This document shows positions 22,568 to 31,864 of a stretch of 64,000 nucleotides of DNA, piece after piece. The DNA comes from a virus: IMG/VR virus record IMGVR_UViG_3300045988_174813, one strand, 5' to 3'. Under the pieces are notes generated by a model, which saw only the letters and a list, made by a program, of their open reading frames with translations, was not told where the DNA came from and did no database searches. Every line of letters begins with the position of its first letter. Position 1 is the stretch's first letter. Both the position numbers and the translations under genes were made by a program.

Positions 22568-22593
22568 CATTTTTCAAAAATTTATTATATAAT
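22565..22593 (+). promoter_or_regulatory. sigma-A type promoter
   Basis: TTGCAT-17-TATAAT. Confidence 0.55.
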
Positions 22594-22618
22594 ATATAAA
22601 GAAAAGGAGGAAAGCTCG

Positions 22619-23152
22619 ATGGAAGATAAAACTACAAAAACTACTCTCACTCTCTATTGCGGTCTTGCGGGCGCAGGTAAATCCACACACGCACGCGACT
22701 ATGCCACAAAAACCAACGCGCGCTATATATCCATTGACGCGTTCTATGAAGCTTGTTTTGGTGACCCAAAAATTCACGCCCACGAATTTGAAGTATGGAT
22801 GATGTTCTACAATGCCATTCGTCTTGCAGGCATAGACCACGTTTCAGTAGTCATTGATACAAATGCACCGACCCGTGCGAATAGAGACGAATTGTATAAC
22901 TGGTTTGCGCAGTATTTTGATACTACTGAACTTATGTGGATTGATGCCAGCCCTGCTTTGTGTATGGCAAATAATGCTTCGCGCGAACGCGTAATTCCTA
23001 CTGATGAATTTTTGGATATGGTAGATGCCTTTGAAGAACCAAGTGCAGAAGATGAAACTAGATGGGACACCATTTACCGTGTAGAAAATAAGCACAATAA
23101 GTTTAGTGGCTTTGAACTTATTTCTAAAAAACAAAAGAAAATTGGATTTTGA
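22619..23152 (+). CDS. P-loop kinase (AAA_33 / polynucleotide-kinase-like)
   Basis: AGGAGG RBS; Walker A GLAGAGKST; VVIDTN..R. Confidence 0.6.
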   Translation: MEDKTTKTTLTLYCGLAGAGKSTHARDYATKTNARYISIDAFYEACFGDPKIHAHEFEVWMMFYNAIRLAGIDHVSVVIDTNAPTRANRDELYNWFAQYFDTTELMWIDASPALCMANNASRERVIPTDEFLDMVDAFEEPSAEDETRWDTIYRVENKHNKFSGFELISKKQKKIGF

Positions 23153-23177
23153 CTTTTTGAAATTTTTGTGATATAAT
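23149..23177 (+). promoter_or_regulatory. sigma-A type promoter
   Basis: TTGACT-17-TATAAT. Confidence 0.65.
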
Positions 23178-23199
23178 ATATATAGAAAATGAGAAAGGA

Positions 23200-23565
23200 A
23201 TGAGGATATTGGTTCGCAGAACGTCTAAGTACTCCGTCGAACAGAAAAATGAGTGGAGCGGGCGCATTGCAATTGTGCTTGCAGAGGCACAGGATGCGCT
23301 GACGATTGATGAAATTCAGCATAGAGATGTATCACTTGTCGGTATGACCCCGCAGATGACGGCAAAAATTCTCAACCATCTTGTAGAGATGGGAATGGTA
23401 GCAAAGTCTAAAAATCGTTCTGGCCGTATGGTATATAAGTCTCTTGCAGTAATGGAAGAGCAAGGATACGATACGGAACCCTATAAGGGTGGCGCCAATA
23501 TGCTTGATAAACGAGAAGATTATATTGGCAAATATGAATTTGCGATGGCAGGTGATTATAGATGA
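23200..23565 (+). CDS. winged-helix DNA-binding protein
   Basis: LTIDEIQ..VGMTPQMTAKILNHLVEMGMVAKSKNRSGRMVYK is MarR-like wHTH. Confidence 0.5.
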   Translation: MRILVRRTSKYSVEQKNEWSGRIAIVLAEAQDALTIDEIQHRDVSLVGMTPQMTAKILNHLVEMGMVAKSKNRSGRMVYKSLAVMEEQGYDTEPYKGGANMLDKREDYIGKYEFAMAGDYR

Positions 23566-23837
23566 GTTTGTTTGCAAAGTATACTCACGAATGGGTTGGC
23601 AAGCAGTGGGAGCGTGAAGTAGTTGAAAAGGCTGATCTTCATATTGGATATTACTACCCTGTTGAGCAAGTTATTATGACACAGAGCTATACAGATATTA
23701 CTCTTGCGCGCTTGGGCCATTTCAATAGTGCGTTTTTTGAGTTTTATGATGAGGATGGGAATAAAATTGATATCTATAATGACCCGCGTTATAACCCATA
23801 TTTACTAATGGATGAAAGAGAGGAGGAAACTAGTTGA
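23562..23837 (+). CDS. hypothetical protein
   Basis: 91-aa ORF, ATGA overlap with the upstream gene. Confidence 0.55.
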   Translation: MSLFAKYTHEWVGKQWEREVVEKADLHIGYYYPVEQVIMTQSYTDITLARLGHFNSAFFEFYDEDGNKIDIYNDPRYNPYLLMDEREEETS

Positions 23838-25255
23838 CTAGTATTGCATTTGTAAAGTTTCTTGATGCAAAAGATAAACCAAATGGTAAGACGTATCCCT
23901 ATTTGATAGATAATGCCCTAAGACCTAAACTTGCGTCATATGGTATATCTAACGTGGCTGATGCATATCATATCACCAATGAAAGCGGATATAATTATCG
24001 GGGAGCGAAAGTAGTAGGTGTTGCTACTGCGGAGATTAGTAATGAGGAAGAATATAATCTTTCTGGATTGAAGCGGATTACTTCTGCTGAATGTTGTGGA
24101 GAAATTGAATATCCTCGTAGTGAGCGAAATCAAGACGAATATGAGGCGCGAAGAGATTTTGATAGAGCGCGAAAGAAAACCAGTAAAGCCGATACTGCCA
24201 CGGTTTCTAGTACGTCTAATGATGGAATGAAAACCTGTGTAAAGTCGAATGGTATTTGGCAAGAATTGTTCAAACCCTTTGAAGTATCTTTTACAACTGG
24301 TAATGAGGCATTGAATAATAGTCTTTGGAAAATTCTAGACAGCGCGCCAACTACAGCAGATAAAATTACTAATGTAGGGACTTCCACTGGAAAGCTCAAT
24401 GGAGCAATGTCTACTAACATACATACAAATATAACAAATAAAAATATTTATACGGGAACTACAACTACTGCTATCGACAATATCAATGGAGTAATGTCCA
24501 CTAATACGCTCACAACAGGAGCCAACTATTTGAAATTCAATAACCTACCTAAAATAAATACTGAAGAAAAGAAGGAGAAAACTATGTTTGAAGGTATGCT
24601 GAAAAATCTGCGCTTTGGTAAGGCAGATAATGCTAAAATGTCCATTTATGGGCCTGCTCTTCGGGAGGCTATTTCCGGAGATACTTGGGTCGCATTTGAT
24701 AAGTCTAAGGAACAGTGGATTGATGTTCCTGCTGAAGCTATTCTGGATATTCCTTTGTTTGAAATGCCTGTCGCTAAGAATAATATCCAGATTGGAGACT
24801 TTATTTTCCATGCTGGGATTGGCACTGGTTGGGTGCGTGTAATTGATTTCGATGATGAAGTGAATTACTTCATTGAAGCAGAAGACCCGTCCAATCACGA
24901 AATCATCAAAATTCTTCCTACGCGTAATATGTTCGGCTTTGACTTCTATACCAAGCTTGTTGTTCCTTTTGATATGGGCGCTACCTTTGGTGGTGCGAGC
25001 GCGTCTAATCCCTTTGGTATGCTTCCTATGCTTATGATGATGAGTGATAAGAATAAGTCTAGTTCTAATGATAATTCTATGCTTATGGCTATGATGATGA
25101 TGCAGAATGGAACTATGGACTTTACGTCTAATCCCATGATGCTCTATGCCCTTATGGGAGATAAGAGTGGTGATAATTCTATGCTTATGGCTATGCTTAT
25201 GAGCCAGATGATGCAGGGCGCGCCCACTAAACATACTTGCAATTGTGACTTATAA
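23834..25255 (+). CDS. hypothetical protein with Met-rich C-terminal tail
   Basis: 473-aa ORF (TTG start); tail MLPMLMMMS..MLMAMMMMQ..MLMAMLMSQMMQ. Confidence 0.6.
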   Translation: MTSIAFVKFLDAKDKPNGKTYPYLIDNALRPKLASYGISNVADAYHITNESGYNYRGAKVVGVATAEISNEEEYNLSGLKRITSAECCGEIEYPRSERNQDEYEARRDFDRARKKTSKADTATVSSTSNDGMKTCVKSNGIWQELFKPFEVSFTTGNEALNNSLWKILDSAPTTADKITNVGTSTGKLNGAMSTNIHTNITNKNIYTGTTTTAIDNINGVMSTNTLTTGANYLKFNNLPKINTEEKKEKTMFEGMLKNLRFGKADNAKMSIYGPALREAISGDTWVAFDKSKEQWIDVPAEAILDIPLFEMPVAKNNIQIGDFIFHAGIGTGWVRVIDFDDEVNYFIEAEDPSNHEIIKILPTRNMFGFDFYTKLVVPFDMGATFGGASASNPFGMLPMLMMMSDKNKSSSNDNSMLMAMMMMQNGTMDFTSNPMMLYALMGDKSGDNSMLMAMLMSQMMQGAPTKHTCNCDL

Positions 25256-25320
25256 CTAAGTTACAAACTAAAACTACCTACAAAAAACAAATACTTATTT
25301 TGGAGATAAAGGAGTAAACT

Positions 25321-25635
25321 ATGGAAAACGGAAAACGTGATGTAAAGCGTGAGGCTTCTCTGCGCGCGACCCTCTACGATATGGTTCTTGAAACTCTCGC
25401 ACAGAACGGATATACTTTTGAGCCTGTGGTTGGTGGTAGCCTTATTACTATTGATAATCACACCCATTGTAAGCTGACTATTTCAGTGTGTAATGAGGAT
25501 AAGGTTCCAGAGTATTTGGCCGACTATGCTGAACAGCAGAAAAAGAGTGCTGAGCGCGCGCAGACTCGCGCGGATAAAGAAGCTGAGAAGGCTCGTAAGG
25601 CGCAGGAGCGCGCAGAGAAAAAAGCGAATAGATAA
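25321..25635 (+). CDS. hypothetical protein with K/E/A-rich tail
   Basis: AAGGAG RBS; same architecture as 62045-62416. Confidence 0.55.
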   Translation: MENGKRDVKREASLRATLYDMVLETLAQNGYTFEPVVGGSLITIDNHTHCKLTISVCNEDKVPEYLADYAEQQKKSAERAQTRADKEAEKARKAQERAEKKANR

Positions 25636-25656
25636 CCCCTGTATTATGGGATATAC

Positions 25657-25685
25657 GGGCGGAGTATATTGCTCCGCCCGCTTTA
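25657..25685 (+). terminator. rho-independent terminator
   Basis: GGGCGGAGT-5 nt-GCTCCGCCC, then GCTTT. Confidence 0.55.
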
Positions 25686-25704
25686 GTATATGGAAGGAGA
25701 AACA

Positions 25705-25968
25705 ATGGAGAGAATATTCAGGCGTAAGCCAACATTTACTACTGCTATCCAATTTGATGGTAGCAATGCTTCTGATGTGATGAAATTTTGCGCGCGCCAT
25801 TTAGTTGAAGTTGGGAATAGATTAGTTCTTGAAACACCAGATGGGCCATATATTATTGAACCTAGCGACTTTATTGTCAAGGGCGTAGCAAACGAATTTT
25901 ATCCGGTAAAAGAGCATATATTTTGGAAAACCTATGAGGAGATTATCGTGAATGAAACTGACGTATGA
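25705..25968 (+). CDS. hypothetical protein
   Basis: AAGGAGA RBS before ATG 25705. Confidence 0.55.
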   Translation: MERIFRRKPTFTTAIQFDGSNASDVMKFCARHLVEVGNRLVLETPDGPYIIEPSDFIVKGVANEFYPVKEHIFWKTYEEIIVNETDV

Positions 25969-26269
25969 TGAATTTGCAGATTTTCTTGGGCGATATATTG
26001 AAAGTGAAAAGAAATTCAATAATTTTGCACAAGCAGTAGAAGAATATTTTACTGATACATATATAATGGCGCCAAAAGATAGTGAATTAGTTCTTGATAT
26101 TTTGCGCACTGTGATGAATGATGATGAAGATTGGATTAGTTATTGGATGTATGAGTTGGATTGCGGGCGCGCGTGGAAGCCATATATGGTAACCAAAGAT
26201 GGGGAAGATATTCCCTTGCGGACGATGGAGGATTTGTGGAATTTGCTAAATGAGGAGGCGCGCGAATGA
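25952..26269 (+). CDS. hypothetical protein
   Basis: 105-aa ORF, overlapping gene junctions. Confidence 0.55.
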   Translation: MKLTYDEFADFLGRYIESEKKFNNFAQAVEEYFTDTYIMAPKDSELVLDILRTVMNDDEDWISYWMYELDCGRAWKPYMVTKDGEDIPLRTMEDLWNLLNEEARE

Positions 26270-26985
26270 AGATTTATTTAGCTGGACCGATTTTTACTTA
26301 TGGAGATTTACTTCGTAATACTGAATGGGCGCAGAAAATTCGAGAAGCCCTTCCAGGAGTGGATTTATATTCGCCTGTTGAGAATACCGATATAAATGGC
26401 ACAGAAGGCAAGAAGAAATTTGCTGGCTCGCGCGAAATAGCACAGGCAGATAATCTTCGTCTTGATGAAACGGATGTTCTTGTGGCATGTATTGACGGTG
26501 ATGTATTGCCTAGCGGGACATGTGCGGAGATTGGAAAATTTCACGAAAAAATTGCGCGTGGAGACCATAAGCATATTATTGGTATTTGCACTGATAATCG
26601 CCAATGCCATTTGACTAGTAGCCCCGCGAAAGATGCTGGTGGAGCAAGCGAGCTTGGGGAACAACAGTATTCTTATCAGAATCTCTATGTGACTGGGCTT
26701 ATCAAGCAGTATGGAGATTTAGTGTATACTATTGACGAAGTAATTATGCTTCTAAAAAAGTATGCTAAAGAATATGGGCAGAAAGTTACAAGTAAGCGGA
26801 AAACTGACAAAGAACTTATTGAAGAATTTGAAAATGATATGACTCGTTGTCATTTTGAACGTTTTGTCGGTAATTATTATCTATATCATGATGAAGGAAA
26901 TGATGATATTTCTCTAATTAGCATCACTCCTTCTGGTACAATTCAACACTTATTGAGAGAAGTAAATTTGGAGGAAATTGAATGA
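26266..26985 (+). CDS. nucleoside 2-deoxyribosyltransferase
   Basis: MKIYLAGPIF.. start and ..DGDVLPSGTCAEIG catalytic-Glu region. Confidence 0.7.
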   Translation: MKIYLAGPIFTYGDLLRNTEWAQKIREALPGVDLYSPVENTDINGTEGKKKFAGSREIAQADNLRLDETDVLVACIDGDVLPSGTCAEIGKFHEKIARGDHKHIIGICTDNRQCHLTSSPAKDAGGASELGEQQYSYQNLYVTGLIKQYGDLVYTIDEVIMLLKKYAKEYGQKVTSKRKTDKELIEEFENDMTRCHFERFVGNYYLYHDEGNDDISLISITPSGTIQHLLREVNLEEIE

Positions 26986-28208
26986 AGTATGGAATAAAGG
27001 ATAAGCCTCCATTTGGGCAATTGGTTCTTTTCTCACTCCAGATGATGCTTAGTTGCTTTACCGCGACAGCACTTATTGGACAGATTTGTAATGTTCCTTT
27101 GTCGGGCGCATTTGTAGGTTCTGGGCTTGCAACTATTGTATATCTTATTGCAACTAAGTTTGAAAGTAGTATGTACATTTCTAATTCAGGCGCCTTTGTA
27201 TCACCTGTATTGATTGCACTCCAACTTGGTGGCGCGACTGCGGTAGCCATTGGTGGTGCAATTGCTTGTATCGTTTATTGTATTTTTGGCTTTATTTTTA
27301 TGAAGATTGATGTAAGTCATATTTATAAAGTATTGCCTAAGGTGCTTATTGGCTCCATTACTGTAGTTATTGGTATTACTCTTATGAGTTTTATTCCATC
27401 ATACATTGGTGATACTGGTAATGTGGGTATGTTTATTGCACTTATCACGGTACTTACTATTGCTTTTGTTTCTCATTATTGCAAGGGCGCGCTCGCATTA
27501 TTTCCATTTTTGATTGGCACGCTTGTGGGATATGTAGTATCTATTCCTTTTGGCCTTGTAGATTTTAGTGTTTTTGAAGGAATCAGTTTATTTACTCTAC
27601 CTGACCTTGGTTTCTTTCATTGGACAAATATTGATGTAAGTACTTTACCTAATATTATTGTTCTTTTTGTGGCATTTACAGTGAGCGCAATTTGCGAATG
27701 CCTCAGCGATCATGCGGTTCTTGGTAATATTATTGGTGTTGATTTGTATCGTAAGCCTGGTCTTGGGCGCATTTTTATTGGCGAAGGATTAGCAAATCTC
27801 GTGGGCGCGTCAAGTGGGCAACTCGCCCAGTGTAGCTACGGAGAGAGCGTGTCAACTATTGGCTTTAGTAAATGTAGTTCAGTCTATTCTACTCTTGGAT
27901 GCGCGCTCTTTATGATTGCACTTGGTTTTATTGAACCTGTGCAAGCATTCGTAGCATCTATTCCATCCTGTGTTATTGGCGGTGGTACTGCAATGGTGCT
28001 TTATGGATTTATTGCTAATAGTGGTATTCGTACCTTACAGTCAGTAGACTTCAATAACCAGAAGAATCTAATTATTTCTTCTGTTGTTATGTCCCTTGGT
28101 ATCAGTGGCGTTATTGTAGGCAATGATACATTCCATTTGAGTGGAACGGCGCTTGCTCTTATTGCAGGTATTATTTTGAATTTTGTATTGAAGGAGAAAA
28201 ATAACTAA
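26982..28208 (+). CDS. uracil/xanthine permease (NCS2 family, UraA-like)
   Basis: Collinear with E. coli UraA: SLQ, SNSGAFVSPVL, YGESVSTIG, GGTAMVLYGFIANSGIRTL, NLIISSVVMSLGISG; multiple long hydrophobic segments. Confidence 0.8.
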   Translation: MKYGIKDKPPFGQLVLFSLQMMLSCFTATALIGQICNVPLSGAFVGSGLATIVYLIATKFESSMYISNSGAFVSPVLIALQLGGATAVAIGGAIACIVYCIFGFIFMKIDVSHIYKVLPKVLIGSITVVIGITLMSFIPSYIGDTGNVGMFIALITVLTIAFVSHYCKGALALFPFLIGTLVGYVVSIPFGLVDFSVFEGISLFTLPDLGFFHWTNIDVSTLPNIIVLFVAFTVSAICECLSDHAVLGNIIGVDLYRKPGLGRIFIGEGLANLVGASSGQLAQCSYGESVSTIGFSKCSSVYSTLGCALFMIALGFIEPVQAFVASIPSCVIGGGTAMVLYGFIANSGIRTLQSVDFNNQKNLIISSVVMSLGISGVIVGNDTFHLSGTALALIAGIILNFVLKEKNN

Positions 28209-28432
28209 TGCTACGTTTGAAAGAAAAGTTGACATTCCGTTGTGAAACTGAAGATGAAGCTAAGGCGCCCATTGAACATTATAAGCAGGACGGGCACACG
28301 AATGGTTATGAAGTAAATAAGGTTTCTTATCAGTATAAAGAGAAGAAGGCTAAAGGGGATGTAATTGATTCGTGTTGGCAAGTAGACCTCGAACTAATTT
28401 ATACTACTATTTGGGCAGGTCTTGAAGGATGA
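28208..28432 (+). CDS. hypothetical protein
   Basis: 74-aa ORF, translationally coupled (TAATG). Confidence 0.5.
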   Translation: MLRLKEKLTFRCETEDEAKAPIEHYKQDGHTNGYEVNKVSYQYKEKKAKGDVIDSCWQVDLELIYTTIWAGLEG

Positions 28433-28860
28433 TTGATTGCCGTTATGCCCACGAAGAATACGGTAAAACTGTATGTTGGGGAACCAGAGAGCGTGAACTA
28501 TGCGACCCGCGCGGTTGCAAGTCTCAAGTACCTGTAAGGGGCAAGCCTAAAATTATCACTCTTTGTGGTTCTACACGCTTTATGGAAGACTTTTTGAATG
28601 TCGCGCGGGACTATACCCTCAAAGGATGGGTAGTTCTTATGCCAGGTGTCTTCGCGCACAGCGATGGAACAACACTTACTGACGAACAAAAAGCACAATT
28701 GGATGAACTCCATAAGCGAAAAATAGATATGAGTAATGCGATTTTTGTCATCAATAAGGATGGATATATTGGCTCTTCGACTGAAAGCGAAATACGTTAT
28801 GCGCGGGCGCACTTCAAAGAGATAGTGTATTTAGAACCTGATAAGATGCTAAAATTCTAA
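28429..28860 (+). CDS. deoxyribosyltransferase-superfamily (Rossmann-like) protein with N-terminal Cys cluster
   Basis: IITLCGSTRF....A.......G..VL.......L..LH..KI..S..IFVIN..GYIGSST..EI.YA. Confidence 0.45.
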   Translation: MIDCRYAHEEYGKTVCWGTRERELCDPRGCKSQVPVRGKPKIITLCGSTRFMEDFLNVARDYTLKGWVVLMPGVFAHSDGTTLTDEQKAQLDELHKRKIDMSNAIFVINKDGYIGSSTESEIRYARAHFKEIVYLEPDKMLKF

Positions 28861-28863
28861 AAT

Positions 28864-28892
28864 TTGATTTTTACCCTCCATTATGGTATAAT
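28864..28892 (+). promoter_or_regulatory. sigma-A type promoter
   Basis: TTGATT-17-TATAAT. Confidence 0.6.
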
Positions 28893-28917
28893 TATATCAG
28901 AATGGAGGGATTAGTTT

Positions 28918-29285
28918 ATGTCTTTTGAATTTACTCCGGATATTACGCCCTTTCTTGGCGATAATCAAAAGTCCTAATTGAACATTGCACCATTCTTGCT
29001 ATTGTCGAGGGTGGATGTGATGCTGAAATTCATAGCGTTGATTTTAGATACTATAACTGGAAAAACGGGAATGGAATGATTATCTTCCATAATAAAATGG
29101 AAGATAAAGGCTATAACTCCATTGAAAAGTTTGATAACTGCGCGCTAATTGGAGAGCTGAAAGATGAACGTATTTGTTTTTCCTATCTAGTGTATGATGA
29201 TATTTATGAAACTAATTTTGATTTTGGATTTGAAAACGATGACGATGACGATGAGGATGATGAAGGGCCTGAATATGCTCTTTGA
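28918..29285 (+). CDS. acidic protein; reading frame broken at the CAAAAG run (frameshift, error or pseudogene)
   Basis: GGAGGG RBS, ATG 28918, frame ends TAA 28975; the -1 frame is open from 28965 and contains ORF 29076-29285. Confidence 0.35.
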
Positions 29286-29292
29286 TTACTCG

Positions 29293-29351
29293 GCGCGGGT
29301 ACCATAAAATTTTAGAATAGTATTGATTTTTGTATAATAGGCCCGCGCGAA
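29293..29351 (+). promoter_or_regulatory. paired GC boxes (copy 2 of 3)
   Basis: GCGCGGGTACCATAAAATTTT..TGTATAATagGCCCGCGCGAA. Confidence 0.4.
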
Positions 29352-29377
29352 AACTACTTATTTATAGGAGAATACAA

Positions 29378-29914
29378 ATGGCGATAAATACAGGTTATCT
29401 TTAGGCTAAAACTGATAAAGCATCAGATGAATATTATACTCCTGCCTATGCGGTGAAGCCCATTATAAAATATATTAGGGAAGGCTCTAAAACAATTTGG
29501 TGTCCCTTTGACACTCAAGATAGTGAGTATGTGAAGTGTCTTACAGAAGCAGGACATACAGTTATTGCTACACATATTGATGAAGGTAAAAATTTCTTTT
29601 TTTATGAACCAGCAGAACATTATGACTATATTATAAGTAATCCTCCGTTTTCTTGCAAGGATGCTGTTTTAGAAAGATTAGCGAAAATAGGAAAGCCTTA
29701 TGCCATTCTTTTACCTCTACCCTCTCTTCAAGGTCAAAAAAGATTTAGTTATTTAGTAGGAACACAAGCATTGATTTTTGATAAAAGAATTAACTTCTAT
29801 ACCGATAGCGCACGCACCTCTATTGCAAAAGGTGTAAGTTTTGCTACCATTTATATTTGTAAAAATTTCTTACCTAAAGATTTGATTTTTGAAAAATTGG
29901 AGAGTAATATATGA
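29378..29914 (+). CDS. DNA methyltransferase, NPPF motif (1 sense TAG)
   Basis: ATG 29378, TAG 29402; DEYYTP..IWCPF..YDYIISNPPFS. Confidence 0.6.
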
Positions 29915-30066
29915 ATATAAAGAGTTGTCCTATATGTGGGCATCATTTATCAATTACCAATGAGACAGCCTATTGTCCCATTTGTGATAGGGAAAGTACC
30001 GAACGAGAACTTTTTCGCTTATGGCTTGTAAAGGAGGCAGAAAAAGATGAAGAAGAAGAAAACTAA
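29911..30066 (+). CDS. zinc-ribbon protein
   Basis: ATGA overlap; CPICG..CPICD; 51 aa. Confidence 0.5.
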   Translation: MNIKSCPICGHHLSITNETAYCPICDRESTERELFRLWLVKEAEKDEEEEN

Positions 30067-30220
30067 ACCTCGCACTTTCAACGAAATGGCGCGAACAATA
30101 CGAGGCTCTTGGGGCGATATAAATCCAGTCACGCGAATAGAGCGGGATAAAACAAAATATACAAGAAAGACTAAACATAAGGGTAAAGATAACTCCTACC
30201 TTTATGGGCTAGTAGCCTAA
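30047..30220 (+). CDS. small basic protein
   Basis: AGGAGG RBS; MKKKKTKPRTF..; last 15 nt overlap tRNA-Lys. Confidence 0.35.
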   Translation: MKKKKTKPRTFNEMARTIRGSWGDINPVTRIERDKTKYTRKTKHKGKDNSYLYGLVA

Positions 30221-30281
30221 TGGTTCAGGCAACGCCCTTTTAAGACGTCTGATGCTGGTTCGATTCCAGTCTAGCCCACCA
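30206..30281 (+). tRNA. tRNA-Lys (UUU)
   Basis: Acceptor GGGCTAG/CTAGCCC, anticodon loop CTTTTAA, T arm GCTGG-TTCGATT-CCAGT, encoded CCA. Confidence 0.85.
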
Positions 30282-30318
30282 ACCCGAAAGGGTATTCTAC
30301 TAGTAGGAGTGAAAATTT

Positions 30319-30684
30319 ATGGAACAAGTTCTTTCTTGGATACAGCTTGCCATCTAGGTTTTGTCTTGTCTCGTTGTAATCATTCCTCTTGGCTATAAGC
30401 TATACCAGACAATTGTTGCTTATGGCAAAGAGAAGAATTGGCCTAAGCTCGTCGGTCTTGTCGCTGTATATATGGCAGAAGCCGAAAAGAAGCTCTCTGA
30501 GGGAGCCGATAAGAAAACTTGGGTTATGGCTATGATACAAACCACAGCCAAGGAAATGGATTATGAGCTTACTGATGCTAAGCTTGCAGAGATTTCTCAA
30601 CTTATTGATGACCTTTGCGCGATGGCAAAGAAAGTCAATGTTAATGTTCTTCCTATTGAGGGCGGAGAGCCTGTGGTTGAATGA
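30319..30684 (+). CDS. LL-H-type holin-like protein (1 sense TAG)
   Basis: ATG 30319, TAG 30355, joins ORF 30361-30684; N-terminal TM then amphipathic domain. Confidence 0.45.
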
Positions 30685-30687
30685 ACT

Positions 30688-30711
30688 TTGGGAGGGTTTA
30701 TGCCCTCCCAA
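30688..30711 (+). terminator. stem-loop after the holin-like gene
   Basis: TTGGGAGGG-6 nt-CCCTCCCAA; no clear U tract. Confidence 0.35.
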
Positions 30712-30782
30712 TCTATAAATTTATCAAGCCCGCGCCTTCTAAGTGGACTTGTAATTAGAACTTCTATGTAGAAAGGTGGTTT

Positions 30783-31520
30783 ATGATTTTGAGTGTCAAT
30801 TACTTTTTCTCTGGGGATACACATGGAGATTTTTCTCGTTTTCGAGACAATCCCATAGCTCAGGATAAGAATAATTATATCGTAATTGCTGGTGATTGTG
30901 GCGCTAATTTTTTTGGTGGAAAGCGTGATATGCGAGTCTGGCAAGAAGTCTCTCAATACCCTTGCCGTTTTTATACCTATTGCGGAAATCACGATATGCG
31001 CCCGCAAAACACGTATAATATGGAACGAGTATATGATGAGGCAGTAAAAGGCTGGGTGTGGTGGAATCCTTACTTTCCTAACCTTCGTTATTTCGAAGAC
31101 TATGGTATCTATATGCTCGGTAAGTATAAGTGCGCCATCATAGGCCACGCTTATTCTGTAGATAAATACTATCGTCTTATGCGCAACTGGACGTGGCATC
31201 CTGATGAGCAACTTACTACCCAGGAACGCTATGAGTGTCAGAAGCTTATGGAAGGTCAGCATTTTGATTTTGTAATGACTCATACTGCGCCATATAATTC
31301 GCGCCCAGTAGATAAATTTTTGGCTTGTGTAGACCAGTCTACTGTAGATGAGACTATGGAGCATTGGCTTGAAGCTCTGCGCGCGGATATAGATTATGAT
31401 GTTTGGCTTCTTGGACACTACCATATTGACCGTATTCAAGAGCCTAAGATGCGGATATTCTATAAAGATATCGACAGTTTAGATAATATCTATACTCAAA
31501 TAGCAAAGCCCAAAATTTGA
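30783..31520 (+). CDS. metallophosphoesterase (calcineurin-like)
   Basis: GDTHGD, IAGDCG, GNHD, GH, LGHYH motifs. Confidence 0.75.
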   Translation: MILSVNYFFSGDTHGDFSRFRDNPIAQDKNNYIVIAGDCGANFFGGKRDMRVWQEVSQYPCRFYTYCGNHDMRPQNTYNMERVYDEAVKGWVWWNPYFPNLRYFEDYGIYMLGKYKCAIIGHAYSVDKYYRLMRNWTWHPDEQLTTQERYECQKLMEGQHFDFVMTHTAPYNSRPVDKFLACVDQSTVDETMEHWLEALRADIDYDVWLLGHYHIDRIQEPKMRIFYKDIDSLDNIYTQIAKPKI

Positions 31521-31545
31521 AAATTCAGAAAAATAATGGTATAAT
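31517..31545 (+). promoter_or_regulatory. sigma-A type promoter
   Basis: TTGAAA-17-TATAAT. Confidence 0.65.
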
Positions 31546-31577
31546 ATATATAGAAAATGAAAGTGAGGGAAAACTAA

Positions 31578-31826
31578 ATGATTACAACTAACGATTGGAA
31601 TGTAGTTCTCAAAGAGCTTGGCTATAAGGAACCAGTATCTAAAGTAAAGCGTAAGCAGAAGCCTACTAAGTGTCGTCTATGTGGCGCCAATATGGTTCCC
31701 CATCCTGGCACCAATGTCTTTACTTGCTCTGGCACTATTGAGAAGGAAATCGAGAAGGATGGTAAGACTGTCAAGATTAGTGAGTCTTGTCCAGGCGTGT
31801 TTCTGCGCAATCGTATTATCAAGTAA
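31578..31826 (+). CDS. zinc-ribbon protein
   Basis: CRLCG..CSG..C; 82 aa. Confidence 0.55.
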   Translation: MITTNDWNVVLKELGYKEPVSKVKRKQKPTKCRLCGANMVPHPGTNVFTCSGTIEKEIEKDGKTVKISESCPGVFLRNRIIK

Positions 31827-31864
31827 ATAACCCCATAAAATCTAACCGAAAGGGAGGACTAGTT

